From contig JAQGDQ010000334.1 of assembly GCA_030141605.1 (NCBI GenBank), positions 1 through 64,000 on the forward strand: 64,000 nucleotides of DNA, given 5' to 3'. A model generated the notes under the pieces. It saw only the letters and a list, made by a program, of their open reading frames with translations. It was not told the DNA's origin and searched no databases. This DNA is from Tubiluchus corallicola (Eukaryota > Animalia > Priapulida). The stretch's first letter is position 1; each line of letters starts with the position of its first letter. Of the stretch, positions 53,533 to 63,372 are shown in pieces. The position numbers and the translations under genes are program-made.

Positions 53533-54459
53533 ATGTATAAAAGGATGCTCACTATTGTTATTCCGCTATTCAATGAGGAGCTTCTCGCCAGGGAGCTTAT
53601 TTTCGCAACCAATAATGCATTAAGTTCTCTGAATGTTGATTATGAGATTATTTGCATTGATGATGGTAGTTCCGACTCCACCCTTGAGGTTTTAAAATCC
53701 TGTAGGGATGAAGTGCCGGAGCTCAAGATACTAGTACTGTCACGTAATTTTGGGCATCAGGCAGCCTACACAGCAGGGCTGGAGTATGCAAAAGGGGATG
53801 TGATAGGAATGATGGACGGCGATTTACAAGATCCGCCCGAGCTTCTGCCTAGGATGTTTGAGGAGCTAAATAAAAATATGTACGATGTTGTTGTGGGAAA
53901 GCGGGAAAAACGTAATGAGCCTTTTAGCAAAAGGCTAGGGATAAAGTTGTTTCACTGGATATTCGATCGTTTTTCCGAGGTTGATGCAATGGAGGATTCA
54001 GGTAATTTTTGCCTTATGCGGCGGCCTGTGCTAAATGCTATATTGTCAATGCGTGAAAAGAGGCGGTTTCTGCCAGGTATGCGCACCTTTGCCGGGTTTC
54101 GCCAAGGATATTTATCTTACAAGCGCCCAGACAGAAGTAAAGGTAAGGCAAAAATGAGCATGCGTAAGCTGTTAGCGTTAGCAACCGATGCAGTTTTTTC
54201 ATTTTCCAGTTGGCCAATAAAGATTTGCCTTAGCATGGGCCTCATAAGCATGATAATCATTGTTCTTGCCACCTTTTACTCTATTCTCTCAAGGCTAGCC
54301 GGCTGGGCACCACTGGGATGGTCAGCCACCATTCTGAGTATATATTTTCTCGGAGCTATACAGTTGATTTTTCTGGGGGTTATAGGAGAATACGTCTACC
54401 GCATTTATAAAGAGGTGCAAGGCCGTCCTCATTTTTTCATTCGTGAAGTTATTGAATAG
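53533..54459 (+). CDS. GT2 polyprenol-phosphate glycosyltransferase (GtrB/ArnC-like)
   Basis: DDGSSD, SRNFGHQ, DGDLQDPPE, two C-terminal TM helices. Confidence 0.9.
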   Translation: MYKRMLTIVIPLFNEELLARELIFATNNALSSLNVDYEIICIDDGSSDSTLEVLKSCRDEVPELKILVLSRNFGHQAAYTAGLEYAKGDVIGMMDGDLQDPPELLPRMFEELNKNMYDVVVGKREKRNEPFSKRLGIKLFHWIFDRFSEVDAMEDSGNFCLMRRPVLNAILSMREKRRFLPGMRTFAGFRQGYLSYKRPDRSKGKAKMSMRKLLALATDAVFSFSSWPIKICLSMGLISMIIIVLATFYSILSRLAGWAPLGWSATILSIYFLGAIQLIFLGVIGEYVYRIYKEVQGRPHFFIREVIE

Positions 54460-54464
54460 CATAA

Positions 54465-56417
54465 GTGAAAATGAAGGAGCCATATAGTATAAGAAGAGTG
54501 TTTTGGAGTGTTTTATTTGTTGTCCTGGCACTCATTCTATTTCTTGCCCCAAAGGCTGCTGTTAATATTGATGAGATAATTCATTATAGGTATGCACATC
54601 AGGTAATCGACTGGTTTGCATCAAAAGGAGAGGATGATAGATGCCTCCACACACCTGTAACCAACCTAAAGTATTACGGGCAGTCTGTTGATAATTTTAC
54701 CGCCCTCATCAACAGAACTTTTAGTATTGAGAATGAGTATCTCACCAGACACTACACCGGCGCCTTTCTTGCATGGCTTTTATTAGTGGTTACCGGATTA
54801 CTTGCGGTAAAAATAACAGGGAGCTATACTGTAGGATTGGTTGCTGTACTACTCTACGCAATATCGCCAAGGCCTATGGGACAGGCATTTGGAAATCTAA
54901 AAGATATACCTTTCTCTCTCGGTTACACTGCCGGTATATTGGCGCTAGTGAGGATATTCAAGCGTATGCCTGCTCCACGATGGAAGGATATACTGCTTTT
55001 TGCCCTGGCTATTGCTTTTACCAATTCTGTCAGGATCGGAGGGCTTGTCCTGTATTTTTATGCGGTACTGTTTCTAGTATGGTGGCTGCTTCTGCATCGC
55101 AATGAGGCAGCAGGGGTATTTGCATCTCCAGAATTTTGGAAAATAGGTGTCGTTGTGCTTGTCATCGGATACTTTGGAGGGCTTCTTTTCTGGCCATATG
55201 GACTGAACAGCCCATTAGTACACCCTTTGGAATCACTCCGGGTGATGGAGCATTATAAAGTGAGCATACGCCAGATATTTATGGGTGAAGTGTTTTGGAG
55301 CACAGACCTACCGTGGTACTATCTTCCCGTGTGGCTGTTTATCTCTATTCCCGAGGTAGTCTGGCTCGGCGTTGCCGGATACATAGCAATGCTATTTTGG
55401 AACAACAAAGGGCAAGTGCTTCCGATGGGAATCCTGCAATTCTCACTATTATTCCCTGTTTTATACGTGATTATAAAAGATGCAAATTTGTATAGCGGAT
55501 GGAGACAGATGTATTTTATTTACTCCCCTCTGGTTATTATCTCCTCTGTCGGAATTGTTAATGGTTACAGAAAGCTGAAAGGTAATATGGCCAGGGTGTG
55601 CGCTTTTATTGTTGTCCTCTCTTTATCTATTTTTCCTTTGCTCCATTCTATTAAGTCCTTTCCTGCCGATTATATATATTTCAATAAATTTGCAGGAGGA
55701 TCAAAAGAAGCGTGGAGCAATTATGAGTACGATTATTACTGGCACGGCATGAAAGAGGCTTTTGAATGGGTTGAAAAAAATGAGCCTTTATCCGATGGCA
55801 CAATAATAGCCTCTAACTTCAATGTAGGAGTGTATTCTCAAAAGAGTAATAAGTTGAGATACAAATATGTTCATTACTATGAAAGGAATTCCACTTCCTG
55901 GGATTTTGCTATACTTGGGATCAATTATGTGCATCCCGCTCAGATGAAAAATGGCAAATGGAAGCCCGAAAATTGCATTAAAGTATTTTATCACAAAAAT
56001 AATCCTGTTATCATTGTATTGAAAAACCAGGATTCTCGCGCAATAGAGGGGAGTAAGAAGTATGCGAATAGAGAGATAGCAGAGGCGGCCAAGCTGCTTG
56101 AAGAGGCCACTGAAGTGGACTCACTTGACGTGCGTTTATTGTCAATGCTGGGTGGGTGCTACCTGAACAAGAATGAGTGGATGTTACTGGATAGTTTGCT
56201 TAAAAAAGGGTTTGAGATACACCCCTATTATGAGCCGTTTTTTGTTCTTAAAGCGCGAATGGAGTACGAAAAGGGTGATTATAAGTCTTCTAAAGAGACG
56301 TGTTTGCAAGCACTCAGTATAAATCCGCGGTATCGTGAGGCTATAACACTCCTGACTGACTGTTATAAGAAGCTTGGAGAGCATAACCCATCCGGTAAAA
56401 AGTACAGGGTTAATTAA
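54465..56417 (+). CDS. GT-C fold membrane glycosyltransferase with C-terminal TPR
   Basis: DE motif after TM1 (NIDE), NLKD, about 11 TM, TPR-like tail (ALSINPRY..A..LL..CY). Confidence 0.7.
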   Translation: MKMKEPYSIRRVFWSVLFVVLALILFLAPKAAVNIDEIIHYRYAHQVIDWFASKGEDDRCLHTPVTNLKYYGQSVDNFTALINRTFSIENEYLTRHYTGAFLAWLLLVVTGLLAVKITGSYTVGLVAVLLYAISPRPMGQAFGNLKDIPFSLGYTAGILALVRIFKRMPAPRWKDILLFALAIAFTNSVRIGGLVLYFYAVLFLVWWLLLHRNEAAGVFASPEFWKIGVVVLVIGYFGGLLFWPYGLNSPLVHPLESLRVMEHYKVSIRQIFMGEVFWSTDLPWYYLPVWLFISIPEVVWLGVAGYIAMLFWNNKGQVLPMGILQFSLLFPVLYVIIKDANLYSGWRQMYFIYSPLVIISSVGIVNGYRKLKGNMARVCAFIVVLSLSIFPLLHSIKSFPADYIYFNKFAGGSKEAWSNYEYDYYWHGMKEAFEWVEKNEPLSDGTIIASNFNVGVYSQKSNKLRYKYVHYYERNSTSWDFAILGINYVHPAQMKNGKWKPENCIKVFYHKNNPVIIVLKNQDSRAIEGSKKYANREIAEAAKLLEEATEVDSLDVRLLSMLGGCYLNKNEWMLLDSLLKKGFEIHPYYEPFFVLKARMEYEKGDYKSSKETCLQALSINPRYREAITLLTDCYKKLGEHNPSGKKYRVN

Positions 56418-56468
56418 GGGGACATGGATTATTTTATTATTATGATATTATTATAAAAACTTAGAACT

Positions 56469-56729
56469 ATGAAGAGTTTTAAACTGTTTACTGTCATCAT
56501 TTGTCTATTTGTTGTTACAATCTGCCCTGCCGTGTCACAAAATGATAACGACGACGGCACTTATATCGAAATTTCCACAGAGCAAGACAGTTCGCATGTA
56601 AGTAATGTGCTCGATTTTAGCGGTGAATATGAGGACCCATCAGGAAGCAGCACCGTCTGGATTGGATTGGTTATTATTGTAGTTGCCGGGATTGCTTATT
56701 TTGTTGTCAAAAAGAAGAAAAAGAGCTAG
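56469..56729 (+). CDS. Small exported acidic protein with C-terminal TM anchor and basic tail
   Basis: Signal peptide, D/E/S/T-rich core, VWIGLVIIVVAGIAYFVVKKKKKS. Confidence 0.65.
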   Translation: MKSFKLFTVIICLFVVTICPAVSQNDNDDGTYIEISTEQDSSHVSNVLDFSGEYEDPSGSSTVWIGLVIIVVAGIAYFVVKKKKKS

Positions 56730-56806
56730 CTGTATAGTTAAGCTTTAAGTTTGATGCGGCTGCCTGCTATATTAACTTTCTTCGCAAGGAAGTATTTGAC
56801 TGTAAG

Positions 56807-56946
56807 TAAGGCATTTGCAAGTCAAAGCTTTAAATTAGGTTGAGAAAGGTTTGATAAGAGACCACAATTACTAATGCAGATGAGGGTTTTGAAGAGTGTT
56901 TTGACAGAAATATTAATAATAAAATGAGCTTTGCAAAAAGGTCTCA
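56807..56946 (+). repeat. Dispersed repeat (MITE-like) copy
   Basis: gcatttgcaag...tgagggttttgaagagtgttttgacagaaatattaataataaaatgagctttgcaaaaaggtctca. Confidence 0.9.
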
Positions 56947-57031
56947 GTTTTTATGGTTGGTGACGCAGCAGCTATGTTCTAAATAAAAAGCTGATATCTA
57001 GTTTTAGAAGTGTTGGTAGAAGGATAGTCGT

Positions 57032-57982
57032 ATGAAGCGTATACTTATTACAGGTGGTGCTGGCTTTATAGGTTCTCACCTTTCAGAGCGGTTGCTGAAA
57101 GAAGGCAATGAGATAATTTGCCTTGATAACATGTCTACCGGAAATGTGAGAAATGTTATCCATTTGCGTGGAGACTCCAGGTTTGCGCTGATTGAGCATG
57201 ATGTAATAGACCCTTATTATGTGGAGCATGATATTGATGAAATTTATAATCTGGCGTGCCCGGCCTCCCCAATACAGTACCAGATTGATCCCATTAAAAC
57301 ACTTAAGACATCTGTTGTAGGGGCAATAAATATGCTTGGCATGGCCAAGTTGAAGGGCTCAACTATACTACAGGCGTCAACTAGCGAGGTTTATGGCGAC
57401 CCTAGAGTCCATCCACAGCCCGAAACATACTGGGGGAATGTGAATCCTCTTGGACCACGCTCATGCTACGATGAAGGGAAGCGATGTGCCGAGACACTTT
57501 TTCTTGATTACCGAATACATCACAATACCCGCACAAAGATTGTTCGTATTTTTAATACATATGGGCCCCACATGAATATATATGATGGGAGAGTTGTATC
57601 CAATTTCATTGTCCAGGCATTAAAAGGCGAGGATATTACAGTTTTTGGCGATGGGTCACAGACCCGCTCATTTCAGTATGTCGATGACCTTATCGAAGGG
57701 CTTGTGCAAATGATGTCTACAAGTAGTATTTTTTTTGGGCCGGTAAATATCGGAAACCCTGTAGAGCTCACGATGCTTGATTTGGCTGAGGCTATTTTAA
57801 AGCTAACAGGTTCAAAGTCAAAGATTGTTCACCTTCCGCTACCTAAGGATGACCCTATTCAGCGACGGCCGGATATATCACTGGCAACCAAAGAGCTGAA
57901 CGGATGGAGACCAAAGGTTCAACTGGAAGAGGGACTTAAAAACACAATTGAGTGGTTTGAAGGTTTGCTGAGAGAGGCCTAA
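57032..57982 (+). CDS. UDP-glucuronate decarboxylase (UDP-xylose synthase family)
   Basis: [39 protein letters not shown]. Confidence 0.92.
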   Translation: MKRILITGGAGFIGSHLSERLLKEGNEIICLDNMSTGNVRNVIHLRGDSRFALIEHDVIDPYYVEHDIDEIYNLACPASPIQYQIDPIKTLKTSVVGAINMLGMAKLKGSTILQASTSEVYGDPRVHPQPETYWGNVNPLGPRSCYDEGKRCAETLFLDYRIHHNTRTKIVRIFNTYGPHMNIYDGRVVSNFIVQALKGEDITVFGDGSQTRSFQYVDDLIEGLVQMMSTSSIFFGPVNIGNPVELTMLDLAEAILKLTGSKSKIVHLPLPKDDPIQRRPDISLATKELNGWRPKVQLEEGLKNTIEWFEGLLREA

Positions 57983-58025
57983 TAAGTCTACTCTAATTCT
58001 GGTTTAAAGAGTAAACCGTATGTCT

Positions 58026-58152
58026 TGAGACCTTTGTAAGGGAAAGGTTTTAGCCCGGATTTAAAAAAAGATTTAGTGAAAAGCCTCTGCCTGCATACAA
58101 TGATAGTTTTGACAAAGGTATTAATTAAAAGAGGAGTTTTGCAAAGATATTA
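58026..58152 (+). repeat. Dispersed repeat (MITE-like) copy
   Basis: tgagacctttgtaagg...ttttgacaaaggtattaattaaaagaggagttttgcaaagatatta. Confidence 0.8.
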
Positions 58153-58268
58153 GGCGGCAAAGCAACTTATTAATAATTAGTTATAGCGACATCAGTAAAG
58201 ATAATCTTGCGTCTTTACCTGTTTTGCGAGTCTATTGTTTTATTTTTGCGAGCTTACAGAGTTTTTTG

Positions 58269-59720
58269 ATGATAAATTTAGAGTCCTCATTCTGGCTAGT
58301 GTTTTTAATAGTGTATTATGTTTTTGTTACTGCAACATTCTTGTGCGTACTGTTGGAGAATAGAGACCCCCTGAAAACCCAAGCCTATTTATTGCTTATT
58401 TTACTGCTTCCTATTGTAGGGATGACTATATATTTCTTTTTTGGTGTCAACTATCGAAAGAAAAGAATATTTTCACGCAAGGTTATGTCCGATAAAAAAC
58501 AGTTGGAATCATTGATGGGGAAGCATGTAGAGAGTGAGAAAAAAAACATAATGCATTTGCATGAGATAATGAGCAGCAAATGGAAGCTTCCTTTTTTAAA
58601 CAGGGAAAATGCTTATTCCCATATTACTCTCAATAATGCAGTAACTCTTTTGAGAAATGGGGAGGAAAAGTTTTCAGAGGTTTTTTATGAGCTGAGCAAA
58701 GCAAAGTCACATATTCATATTGAGTACTATATTTTTGAGGATGGGGAAGTGCTTGATGAGATTATAAGGATTATCAGTGAAAAGTCTCGTAATGGAGTAG
58801 AAGTGAGAATTATCTATGACGGTATTGGGACAAGCACCCCCGCGAAGAAAAAGCTTAATGCAGTAAAAAATATTGAAGTTAAAGAGTACAATCCTGTTCT
58901 TTTTTCAAGACTGGCTAACAGAATAAGCCGCAGAGATCATCGTAAGATCATAGTAATTGATGGTAAAGTAGGGTTTACCGGCGGGGTAAATATTGCAGAT
59001 AAGTATAACAATAATGGTCATAATAATCCCTACTGGCGTGATACACATTGTAAAATAGAGGGAGAAGCGTGCAGGCCGTTACAGGCCCTCTTTGTTTTGA
59101 ATTGGCTTTTTCTTTCAAATGAGATGCTTCCCGCTAGTAAAAAGTATTTTCCGGATCACGATTCTAAAGGCGATATAGCATGTATGATACTGGGAAGCGA
59201 GGCTGACTCAGACAGCACAAATATTATGGAGGTGTATTTTCAGTTAATTACCTCTGCACAGAATGAGGTGCTTATTGCTACCCCCTACTTTATACCCAAC
59301 GAAAGTATACTTACAGCTCTTAAGGTAACAGCAAAGTCAGGCGTAAAAATTACTTTACTACTTCCAAAATACTCCGATTCATATTTTGTCCACGCGGTAG
59401 CACTAACTTATTTAAGCGAGATGCTTGAGAATAATGTTGAGGTGTATTTATATGAGAAGGGCATGATGCACTCCAAAATTGTAATTGTAGATGAGGAGGT
59501 GGTATCTGTTGGCACAGCAAATATGGATTATCGCAGTTTTGATCACAATGCCGAGGTCAACGCTATTATATTTAATAAAAATGTGGGGAAAGAGTTGAAA
59601 TCGGAGTTTTTAAATGATTTGAAGGTATCTGAAAAACTTAGCTTTTCAGATTATGACAACCGCCCTTTGCATGTAAAGCTTACCGGAGCAGTTGTCAGGT
59701 TGCTGGCCCCTGTGCTGTAA
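58269..59720 (+). CDS. cls: Cardiolipin synthase
   Basis: Two HKD motifs (HRKIIVID, HSKIVIVD), N-terminal TMs. Confidence 0.93.
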   Translation: MINLESSFWLVFLIVYYVFVTATFLCVLLENRDPLKTQAYLLLILLLPIVGMTIYFFFGVNYRKKRIFSRKVMSDKKQLESLMGKHVESEKKNIMHLHEIMSSKWKLPFLNRENAYSHITLNNAVTLLRNGEEKFSEVFYELSKAKSHIHIEYYIFEDGEVLDEIIRIISEKSRNGVEVRIIYDGIGTSTPAKKKLNAVKNIEVKEYNPVLFSRLANRISRRDHRKIIVIDGKVGFTGGVNIADKYNNNGHNNPYWRDTHCKIEGEACRPLQALFVLNWLFLSNEMLPASKKYFPDHDSKGDIACMILGSEADSDSTNIMEVYFQLITSAQNEVLIATPYFIPNESILTALKVTAKSGVKITLLLPKYSDSYFVHAVALTYLSEMLENNVEVYLYEKGMMHSKIVIVDEEVVSVGTANMDYRSFDHNAEVNAIIFNKNVGKELKSEFLNDLKVSEKLSFSDYDNRPLHVKLTGAVVRLLAPVL

Positions 59721-59762
59721 GGTTTTTTTAAACATACAGCGAAAATTTTGCTAAACACGCTT

Positions 59763-59904
59763 TGAACCCACTGTAAGAATCATCTTTTAATTGATATTTT
59801 TGTCAAAATACTCTTCAAAGCATCATTTACGTCAGCAAACCAATGATTTCTATCAAATTATTTTCCGGCCTGAGCCAAGCTATTTCGCCTTGTAAAAAGA
59901 TTTA
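59763..59904 (-). repeat. Dispersed repeat (MITE-like) copy
   Basis: tcatcttttaattgatatttttgtcaaaatactcttcaaagcatcatttacgtcagcaaac...ttcgccttgtaaaa is the reverse complement of the consensus. Confidence 0.85.
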
Positions 59905-59954
59905 TCGTATAACGGTTCCCTGCAAAGTTTGTTAAATTGTTATATCTTTGTAGG

Positions 59955-60776
59955 ATGGCTGTAAAGTTTAGATATCTGCTGCTATGTATAACGCTTATTA
60001 TATTAGCATCTTGTAGCGGCTATCAAAAAGTGCTTAAAAGTAGGAACTTTGAGTTTAAGTATGAGAAAGGGAAGGAGTACTATGAGTCAGGTGAGTATGC
60101 CAAGTCCTCTACTATATTCAATGAGTTGCTGCCTATATACAGAGGGACCAATAAGGCACAGGATATCTACTTTTTCCTTGCAAAAAGCTATTATGGACAG
60201 AAGGATAACCTGCTTGCAATCCACTATTTCAGGATGTTGACAAGTGAGTTTCCCCGCAGCGAGTATGCAGAGGAGTCTCAGTTTTTGATCGGCTACTGCC
60301 ATTACCTGGAGTCTCCGGGTGTCAGGCTTGATCAGTCTATCACGATGAAGGGGATCGATGCTTTGAAGTTGTTCATAAATATGTACCATGGCTCTTCGAA
60401 GGTTGAAGAAGCAACACGCCTTATAGATGAGCTGAACGAAAAGATTGTGCATAAGTCATACTTAAGCAGTAGGCTGTATTACGATCTTAAAGACTACAGG
60501 GCTGCAGTAATTTCTCTTTCCAACAGCCTTGAGGAGTATCCGCATACGAAGCGGCGTGAGGAGATGATGTTTTTGCTTCTCAAGTCAAAATATTTGTTGG
60601 GAGATAATAGTGTGGACGATAAAAAGCGTGAGCGGTTGAATATGGCGCTCGATGAGTATTTTGCATTTGTGGACGAGTTTCCAAATAGTAAGAACAGGAA
60701 AGAGGCCGATTGGTTTTTTAATAACACTAAGGGAATGTTGAATTTATCAGATGAAGATCTAAATATTGGTAATTAA
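59955..60776 (+). CDS. bamD: Outer membrane assembly lipoprotein BamD
   Basis: Lipobox LASC, TPRs, conserved bamD-rpoZ-coaBC context. Confidence 0.9.
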   Translation: MAVKFRYLLLCITLIILASCSGYQKVLKSRNFEFKYEKGKEYYESGEYAKSSTIFNELLPIYRGTNKAQDIYFFLAKSYYGQKDNLLAIHYFRMLTSEFPRSEYAEESQFLIGYCHYLESPGVRLDQSITMKGIDALKLFINMYHGSSKVEEATRLIDELNEKIVHKSYLSSRLYYDLKDYRAAVISLSNSLEEYPHTKRREEMMFLLLKSKYLLGDNSVDDKKRERLNMALDEYFAFVDEFPNSKNRKEADWFFNNTKGMLNLSDEDLNIGN

Positions 60777-60778
60777 AA

Positions 60779-61105
60779 ATGGATTATAAGAAAACAAAAG
60801 CGCCCAATACTACAATTCCCAGAAACCTCAAGGATCTGGAAGTAGATACGGGTAACATCTATGAGGCGGTAGTGATTTTGGCTAAGCGCTCTAATCAGAT
60901 AAGCGCAGAGATGAAAGAGGAGCTAAATCAAAAGCTACAGGAGTTTGCATTTTACACAGATAATCTGGAGGAGATTTTTGAGAACAGGGAACAGATTGAA
61001 ATTTCCCGTTTTTATGAGAGGCTTCCCAAGCCAACACTTATTGCTTGTGAAGAGTTCAAAGATGGCGGCACATATCATCGCAATCCTGCGCTGCGGAAAG
61101 TGTAA
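60779..61105 (+). CDS. rpoZ: RNA polymerase omega subunit
   Basis: TGNIYEA, ENREQIEISRFYERLPKP. Confidence 0.92.
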   Translation: MDYKKTKAPNTTIPRNLKDLEVDTGNIYEAVVILAKRSNQISAEMKEELNQKLQEFAFYTDNLEEIFENREQIEISRFYERLPKPTLIACEEFKDGGTYHRNPALRKV

Positions 61106-61168
61106 TAGTTTTATACAGTGCCACTGTTTTGCTTTTGGAGTCAGACTCATGTAAAGATTGGCCTTTAA

Positions 61169-62400
61169 ATGTCTGATATGAAAGAACTTAGCGGAAAAAA
61201 CATAATATTAGGAATTACCGGAAGTATTGCGGCCTATAAGGCGGTCTTTCTACTTAGAAGCCTGGTAAAAGGGGGTGCGGAGGTTCAGGTTGTAATGACC
61301 TCTGCCGCAAAAGAGTTTATTACTCCACTAACGCTATCTACAATATCCCGCAAGCCTGTAGTAAGTGAGTTTTTTGATAAGGTTGGTGGGGATTGGCACA
61401 GCCATGTTGATATGGGTATCTGGGCAGATATGATCATTATCGCGCCTGCCACAGCTTCTACCATTGGAAAAATGGCTCATGGCATAGCTGACAATATACT
61501 ACTTACCACCTATATGTCTGCAAAGTGCCCGGTTATGGTTTCCCCTGCTATGGATCTTGATATGCTACGCCACCCCTCCAATATCAAAAATATGGAGGTT
61601 TTAAACTCGTACGGGAATATTGTGCTAGAGGCAACTGAGGGAGAGTTGGCTAGCGGTATAATAGGTAAAGGGCGTATGGAGGAGCCTGAGAATATTTACC
61701 GGAAGGTGGTTGAGTTCTTCCAAAAAAAAAACTCCTAAATAAAACATACCTTGTTACAGCCGGACCTACTTACGAAAAAATAGATCCAGTCAGATTTGTA
61801 GGTACCTATTCGTCGGGTAAAATGGGATATGCCATTGCTGAGTGCCTGGCACAGCATGGCGCACAAGTTATTCTAATCTCTGGGCCTACCTCTCTTTCTC
61901 CCAAGCATCCAGGGATAGAGAAAGTGGATGCTTTTTCAGCACATGAGATGTATGAGGCATCCATCGGCGCATTTGAGCATTGTGATGGAGCTATTATGTC
62001 GGCTGCGGTAGCAGATTACAGGCCAGTAGATATACATAAAAGCAAGATTAAGCGAAAAGAGGAAAACTATACCATAGAGTTGTGCCCAAATCCTGATATA
62101 GCAGCCGCCCTTGGTAAAGTTAAAAGGCATAATCAGATTCTGGCAGGGTTTGCCCTTGAGACAGATAATGAGAAGAGCAATGCGATAGATAAGATAGAGA
62201 AAAAGAACCTTGACTTCATTGTCTTAAATTCTCTTCGGGATAAAATGGCAGGGTTTGATTACAGTACAAATAAAGTTACTATAATTGATAGGGAGAGCAA
62301 TGCTACCGAGTTTAAGCTGAAAGATAAAAAAGACGTTGCCGCTGATATTGTAGCCAGGTTGATCAGTGTGCAGAGCAAAAATGATGGTGGTAGCAGTTAG
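61169..62400 (+). CDS. coaBC: Bifunctional CoaBC, split by -1 frameshift at A10 (61722-61731)
   Basis: CoaC (GITGSIAAYK, PAM) ends TAA 61736-61738; -1 frame gives LLNKTYLVTAGPTYEKIDPVRF..SSGKMG into CoaB (AAVADY, GFALET). Confidence 0.9.
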
Positions 62401-62441
62401 AGTGATTTTATTACCTTTAATGTGGAATAAGCTGTTCAGGC

Positions 62442-63335
62442 ATGCAAGTGTTATATATCTTCATAATATTTTCGTTGGCAACAGGCATCTTGTCCGGGCA
62501 GGAGTTGAGGTGCAATGTAAAGGTGTCAAGTTCACATATTGAGGGATCGTATAAGCAGGTTTTTCAATCTATGGAGACGGATATTAGCGAGTTTATGAAT
62601 AATCGTAAGTGGACAGATCATGTTTATTTAACGGATGAGCGTATTGAGTGTAATATGTTTATACAGATAATACAACAGGTTTCTTCTAATGAGTTTCAAG
62701 GGACTATTCATGTGCAGTCTCGCCGTCCGGTTTTCAACTCTTCGTATAAGACAACGGTGATAAATATTAAAGATAGTGAGTTTCACGTCAGGTATGTGGA
62801 GTTTCAGCCACTCGATTTTGATGAGACATCTAATACAAATTCGTTGACAAATATTCTGGCTTATTATGCTTATATCATATTAGGGTGTGATTATGACACC
62901 TATTTTCCTCAGGGAGGGACTGAGTATTTTCAGTCTGCACAGAATATTGCAGCACATGCGCAGACTACCGGGAGAAAAGGGTGGAACTCGAGTGAAAGTA
63001 ATTTCAATCGTTTTTGGCTGGTTGAGAACCTGCTGAATCGTTCGTATGTGCCTTTTCGCGATTTAATGTATCGTTATCACCGCCAGGGTCTTGATGTGAT
63101 GGCTAATAGTCCCAGTACCGGGAGGGCTGCTATATCCAATGCGCTGATAAATATCCAGAAGGTGTATCGCACCAAGCCAGATACCTACATTAACAGGATG
63201 TTTTTTGATGCCAAGTCGAATGAGATAGTAGATATTTTTACTCAAGGGGCTACAGGTGAAAAGAGTCGAGTTATGTCAATAGTAACAGAATGTAATCCTG
63301 CTAATTTAGACAGGTATAATAAAATAATGCAGTGA
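62442..63335 (+). CDS. DUF4835 family protein (PorD-like)
   Basis: QELRCNV N-terminus, YHRQGLD; conserved position between coaBC and recN. Confidence 0.75.
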   Translation: MQVLYIFIIFSLATGILSGQELRCNVKVSSSHIEGSYKQVFQSMETDISEFMNNRKWTDHVYLTDERIECNMFIQIIQQVSSNEFQGTIHVQSRRPVFNSSYKTTVINIKDSEFHVRYVEFQPLDFDETSNTNSLTNILAYYAYIILGCDYDTYFPQGGTEYFQSAQNIAAHAQTTGRKGWNSSESNFNRFWLVENLLNRSYVPFRDLMYRYHRQGLDVMANSPSTGRAAISNALINIQKVYRTKPDTYINRMFFDAKSNEIVDIFTQGATGEKSRVMSIVTECNPANLDRYNKIMQ

Positions 63336-63372
63336 GTAAAGTTTATTGTATTTTTGGGATAAAAGTACTGAG

